Shown here in pieces: positions 61,723 to 64,000 of a stretch of DNA of 64,000 nucleotides (positions are counted from its first letter, which is position 1; the number at the start of each line of letters is the position of its first letter). The position numbers were made by a program, and so were the translations under genes. The notes under the pieces were generated by a model. The model was not told where the DNA came from. It searched no databases and saw only the letters and a program-made list of their open reading frames with translations. Origin of the DNA: Spirochaetota bacterium (GTDB lineage Bacteria; Spirochaetota; UBA6919; CBDBPB01); NCBI GenBank assembly GCA_965208615.1, contig CBDBPB010000007.1:256001-320000 (forward strand), in the 5' to 3' direction.

Positions 61723-62688
61723 TTAATCCTTAATATTATTTAGTATTATGGTGGATAGGGCTTTTATAAACAGATTATGATCATTTAGAGAGTTTATCCT
61801 ATCAAAGTGTTTTATACCAGCTTGTTTAGCTTGATTGGCATAGAGTATATCTATTTCATAATTAGTCTCATAGTGGTCTGACACAAAGCTTATGGGTACT
61901 ACTAATATACTTTGATTTTTTCTTTCAGCTATATTATTGATAACGGACTTAGTAGATGGTTCAAGCCATTTTATAGGTCCTATCTTACTCTGAAAGCAAA
62001 TGTGATGCGGATTAGTACAGTTTAGGCTGTTTATTATATGTTCTACGCATATATTTATATGGTTGGGATACGGATCACCTTTATTGACTAGGCTTAAGGG
62101 TATGCTGTGTGCCGAGAACACTATGTGAACATCATTTTTATTATTATATACATTTAGTTTATCTTTAATTAACAAAGAGAGAGCCTTAATATAGTCAGGG
62201 CAGTCGTACCAGTGGTATATAATTTTAATTTGCATATTATTAAGTTGTTTAGCTTTGATTATTCTATTAAATTCGTTTATGCTTGATAGGCTTGTACTAT
62301 TTGAGAAGTGGGGATATAATGGTAATACAATTAGTTTGTTATGATTATCGTTAATTATATTATTTACGGCATCATTTATAGTGGGTTTGGTATAGCGCAT
62401 ACCTATATATACTTTTGAGTTAACAGTTTTATTTAGTTCTTTATTTAGTTTATTAGCTTGTTTAGTGGTTAGTTCTAGTATTGGGGACTTGCCACCTATT
62501 TTTTGATAATGTTTTTTTACGTATGGAGTTCTTAAAGAGCTTATGATTTTTGCGAATAGGTTTTGTAAAAAGGGGATGTTAATAATCTCTTTATCGGAGA
62601 ATAGCCTATATAAGAAGTTTTTAATATCGGACAGTGAGGATGGGCCTCCCATATTTAATAATAGTACGGCAAATGAGTTATTTTTCAT
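61723..62688 (-). CDS. hemH: Ferrochelatase
   Basis: LLNMGGP, Y..IGG.SP, MRY..P, LPLYP.FS, FSAHS.P, FQSK.GP..WLEP, FVSDH.ET.YEID. Confidence 0.96.
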   Translation of the reverse strand: MKNNSFAVLLLNMGGPSSLSDIKNFLYRLFSDKEIINIPFLQNLFAKIISSLRTPYVKKHYQKIGGKSPILELTTKQANKLNKELNKTVNSKVYIGMRYTKPTINDAVNNIINDNHNKLIVLPLYPHFSNSTSLSSINEFNRIIKAKQLNNMQIKIIYHWYDCPDYIKALSLLIKDKLNVYNNKNDVHIVFSAHSIPLSLVNKGDPYPNHINICVEHIINSLNCTNPHHICFQSKIGPIKWLEPSTKSVINNIAERKNQSILVVPISFVSDHYETNYEIDILYANQAKQAGIKHFDRINSLNDHNLFIKALSTIILNNIKD

Positions 62689-62698
62689 ATAGATTCCG

Positions 62699-64000
62699 TT
62701 ATATGGTTTTGGAGAACTGTCTTTCTTTACTTTTTAGGTAGCTGTCGAATACCATACAGATATTTCGTATAAATATAGTACCTTTTTCTTTAATTTTTAT
62801 TTTATTATTGCTTATGCTTATCAAGTCATCTTTTATAAACTGGTTAAGGTTATTAATCTCGTCGTTAAAGTATTTGCTAAAAGATGTATTAAACTTTTTA
62901 TAAAAGTCTGCATAGTCAAGCTCAAACTGACACATAAGGGTGGATATTACCCATTGACGTATTAGATCATCGTTATTTAGTTTAAGGCCTCTATCTATTG
63001 GGAACTTGTTATTATCTATGGTATTATAATAGTCTTTTAGTGACTTTAGGTTTTGGACAAATGTTTTATTTACGTATCCGATTGAGCTTATACCAAAGCC
63101 TATAAAGTGTTCTGTGGACTTTATAGTATAGCCCATGAAGTTACGGTGTAGGGATTTATTTTTAAGGGCTATGGATAGTTCATCATTGGGTTTAGCGAAG
63201 TGATCCATTCCTATTGGACAATAATTATTTTTTAGCAGTAGTTCTCTTGCTTTTAAGAATATGGAGAGCTTTTCGTTTACTGATGGACAATCTTTATCAT
63301 TAATCTTTTTTTGATGGGGTTTAAGCCATGGTATTTTGGCATAGCTAAATAGGGCTATTCTATCCGGCGATATACTTAGTATTTTTTCTATTGTATTAGT
63401 AAAGGATTCGACGGTTTGCATTGGTAGGCCGTATATTAGGTCAATATTAACGCTTATGAAGTTATTATTTCTTGAGTAGTTAATTAGGTTTATCAAGTTA
63501 TTTTCGTCTTGCATTCTATTTACGGCTTTTTGCACTATGGGATTAAGGTCTTGTACTCCCATACTAATTCTGTTAAAGCCTAATTGTTTTAAGAGTTTAA
63601 CTTGTTGTTTTGATGTAATATTTGGGTCTATTTCTATGGCTATTTCGGCGTTTTTGTCTATGGAGAAGTTTTTAGTTATGGAGTTAAACAATTTTTCTAT
63701 CTGACCTTCGTTTAGGAAGGTTGGAGTACCTCCTCCCCAGTGTAGCTGGCTTATAGGCATGTTATTCTTTAGCGTATTTTTGAATAGTGAGAACTCTTTA
63801 TCAAGATAATCTATATACTTATTTACATAGAGTCTATTTTTGTCTATTATGCTATGACAGCCGCAATACAAACATCTTTCTTCACAGAATGGTATGTGAA
63901 CGTACAAAGAGAAAGGTGATTTATCCATAATGTTGATGGACTCTAATTGTTTAACATAGTCGTCGTACGAAAATGAGTCTGACCACTCAGGTGCAGTGGG
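62699..64000 (-). CDS. hemN: Oxygen-independent coproporphyrinogen III dehydrogenase, 5' end outside the window
   Basis: YVHIPFCEERCLYCGC, HWGGGTP, IGMDHFA, RNFMGY; the frame continues upstream of the ORF-track start to the window edge as PTAPEW..., the HemN N-terminal motif. Confidence 0.95.
   Translation of the reverse strand, partial: PTAPEWSDSFSYDDYVKQLESINIMDKSPFSLYVHIPFCEERCLYCGCHSIIDKNRLYVNKYIDYLDKEFSLFKNTLKNNMPISQLHWGGGTPTFLNEGQIEKLFNSITKNFSIDKNAEIAIEIDPNITSKQQVKLLKQLGFNRISMGVQDLNPIVQKAVNRMQDENNLINLINYSRNNNFISVNIDLIYGLPMQTVESFTNTIEKILSISPDRIALFSYAKIPWLKPHQKKINDKDCPSVNEKLSIFLKARELLLKNNYCPIGMDHFAKPNDELSIALKNKSLHRNFMGYTIKSTEHFIGFGISSIGYVNKTFVQNLKSLKDYYNTIDNNKFPIDRGLKLNNDDLIRQWVISTLMCQFELDYADFYKKFNTSFSKYFNDEINNLNQFIKDDLISISNNKIKIKEKGTIFIRNICMVFDSYLKSKERQFSKTI

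Overview
An AT-rich bacterial chromosome segment, most likely from a spirochaete. That call rests on a spirochaete-type FlaB, a NusA with a C-terminal zinc ribbon, and an RpoS-like sigma behind a sigma54 promoter. From 0 to 29.7 kb it carries housekeeping and envelope genes: a PorV-like gene with a CTD-like lipoprotein, lgt, eno, rimP-nusA-infB-rbfA-truB-ribF, rpsO-pnp-M16 peptidase-rnj, flaB plus a degenerate flagellin-like gene, TPR/WD40 proteins and a split transketolase. infB carries a 1-nt frameshift. The centrepiece (29.9-46.7 kb) is a dissimilatory sulfite reductase cluster with mixed direction markers. Reductive-type dsrAB, dsrD and dsrTMKJOP sit alongside oxidiser-type dsrEFH, an insert-bearing DsrC and a YRR-type DsrL. 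The cluster also has a DsrJ lacking its Cys ligand, a HEAT-repeat gene and two unknown small Cys-rich ORFs. It is split by a 1.4 kb satellite-like array (129/137 bp units) and a Gly-rich beta-helix lipoprotein. Both halves share a 32-bp upstream motif resembling the promoter of an ECF sigma gene at 57 kb. The right end holds tal, a CrtC-like gene, an orphan kinase, ATP- and PPi-type PFKs, namZ, rpoS-like, aroC, ECF/anti-sigma, an orphan Imm11-like gene, panB and hemY-hemH-hemN. No rRNA, tRNA, CRISPR or mobile-element genes were recognised. All calls come from reading motifs by eye; no database searches were run.
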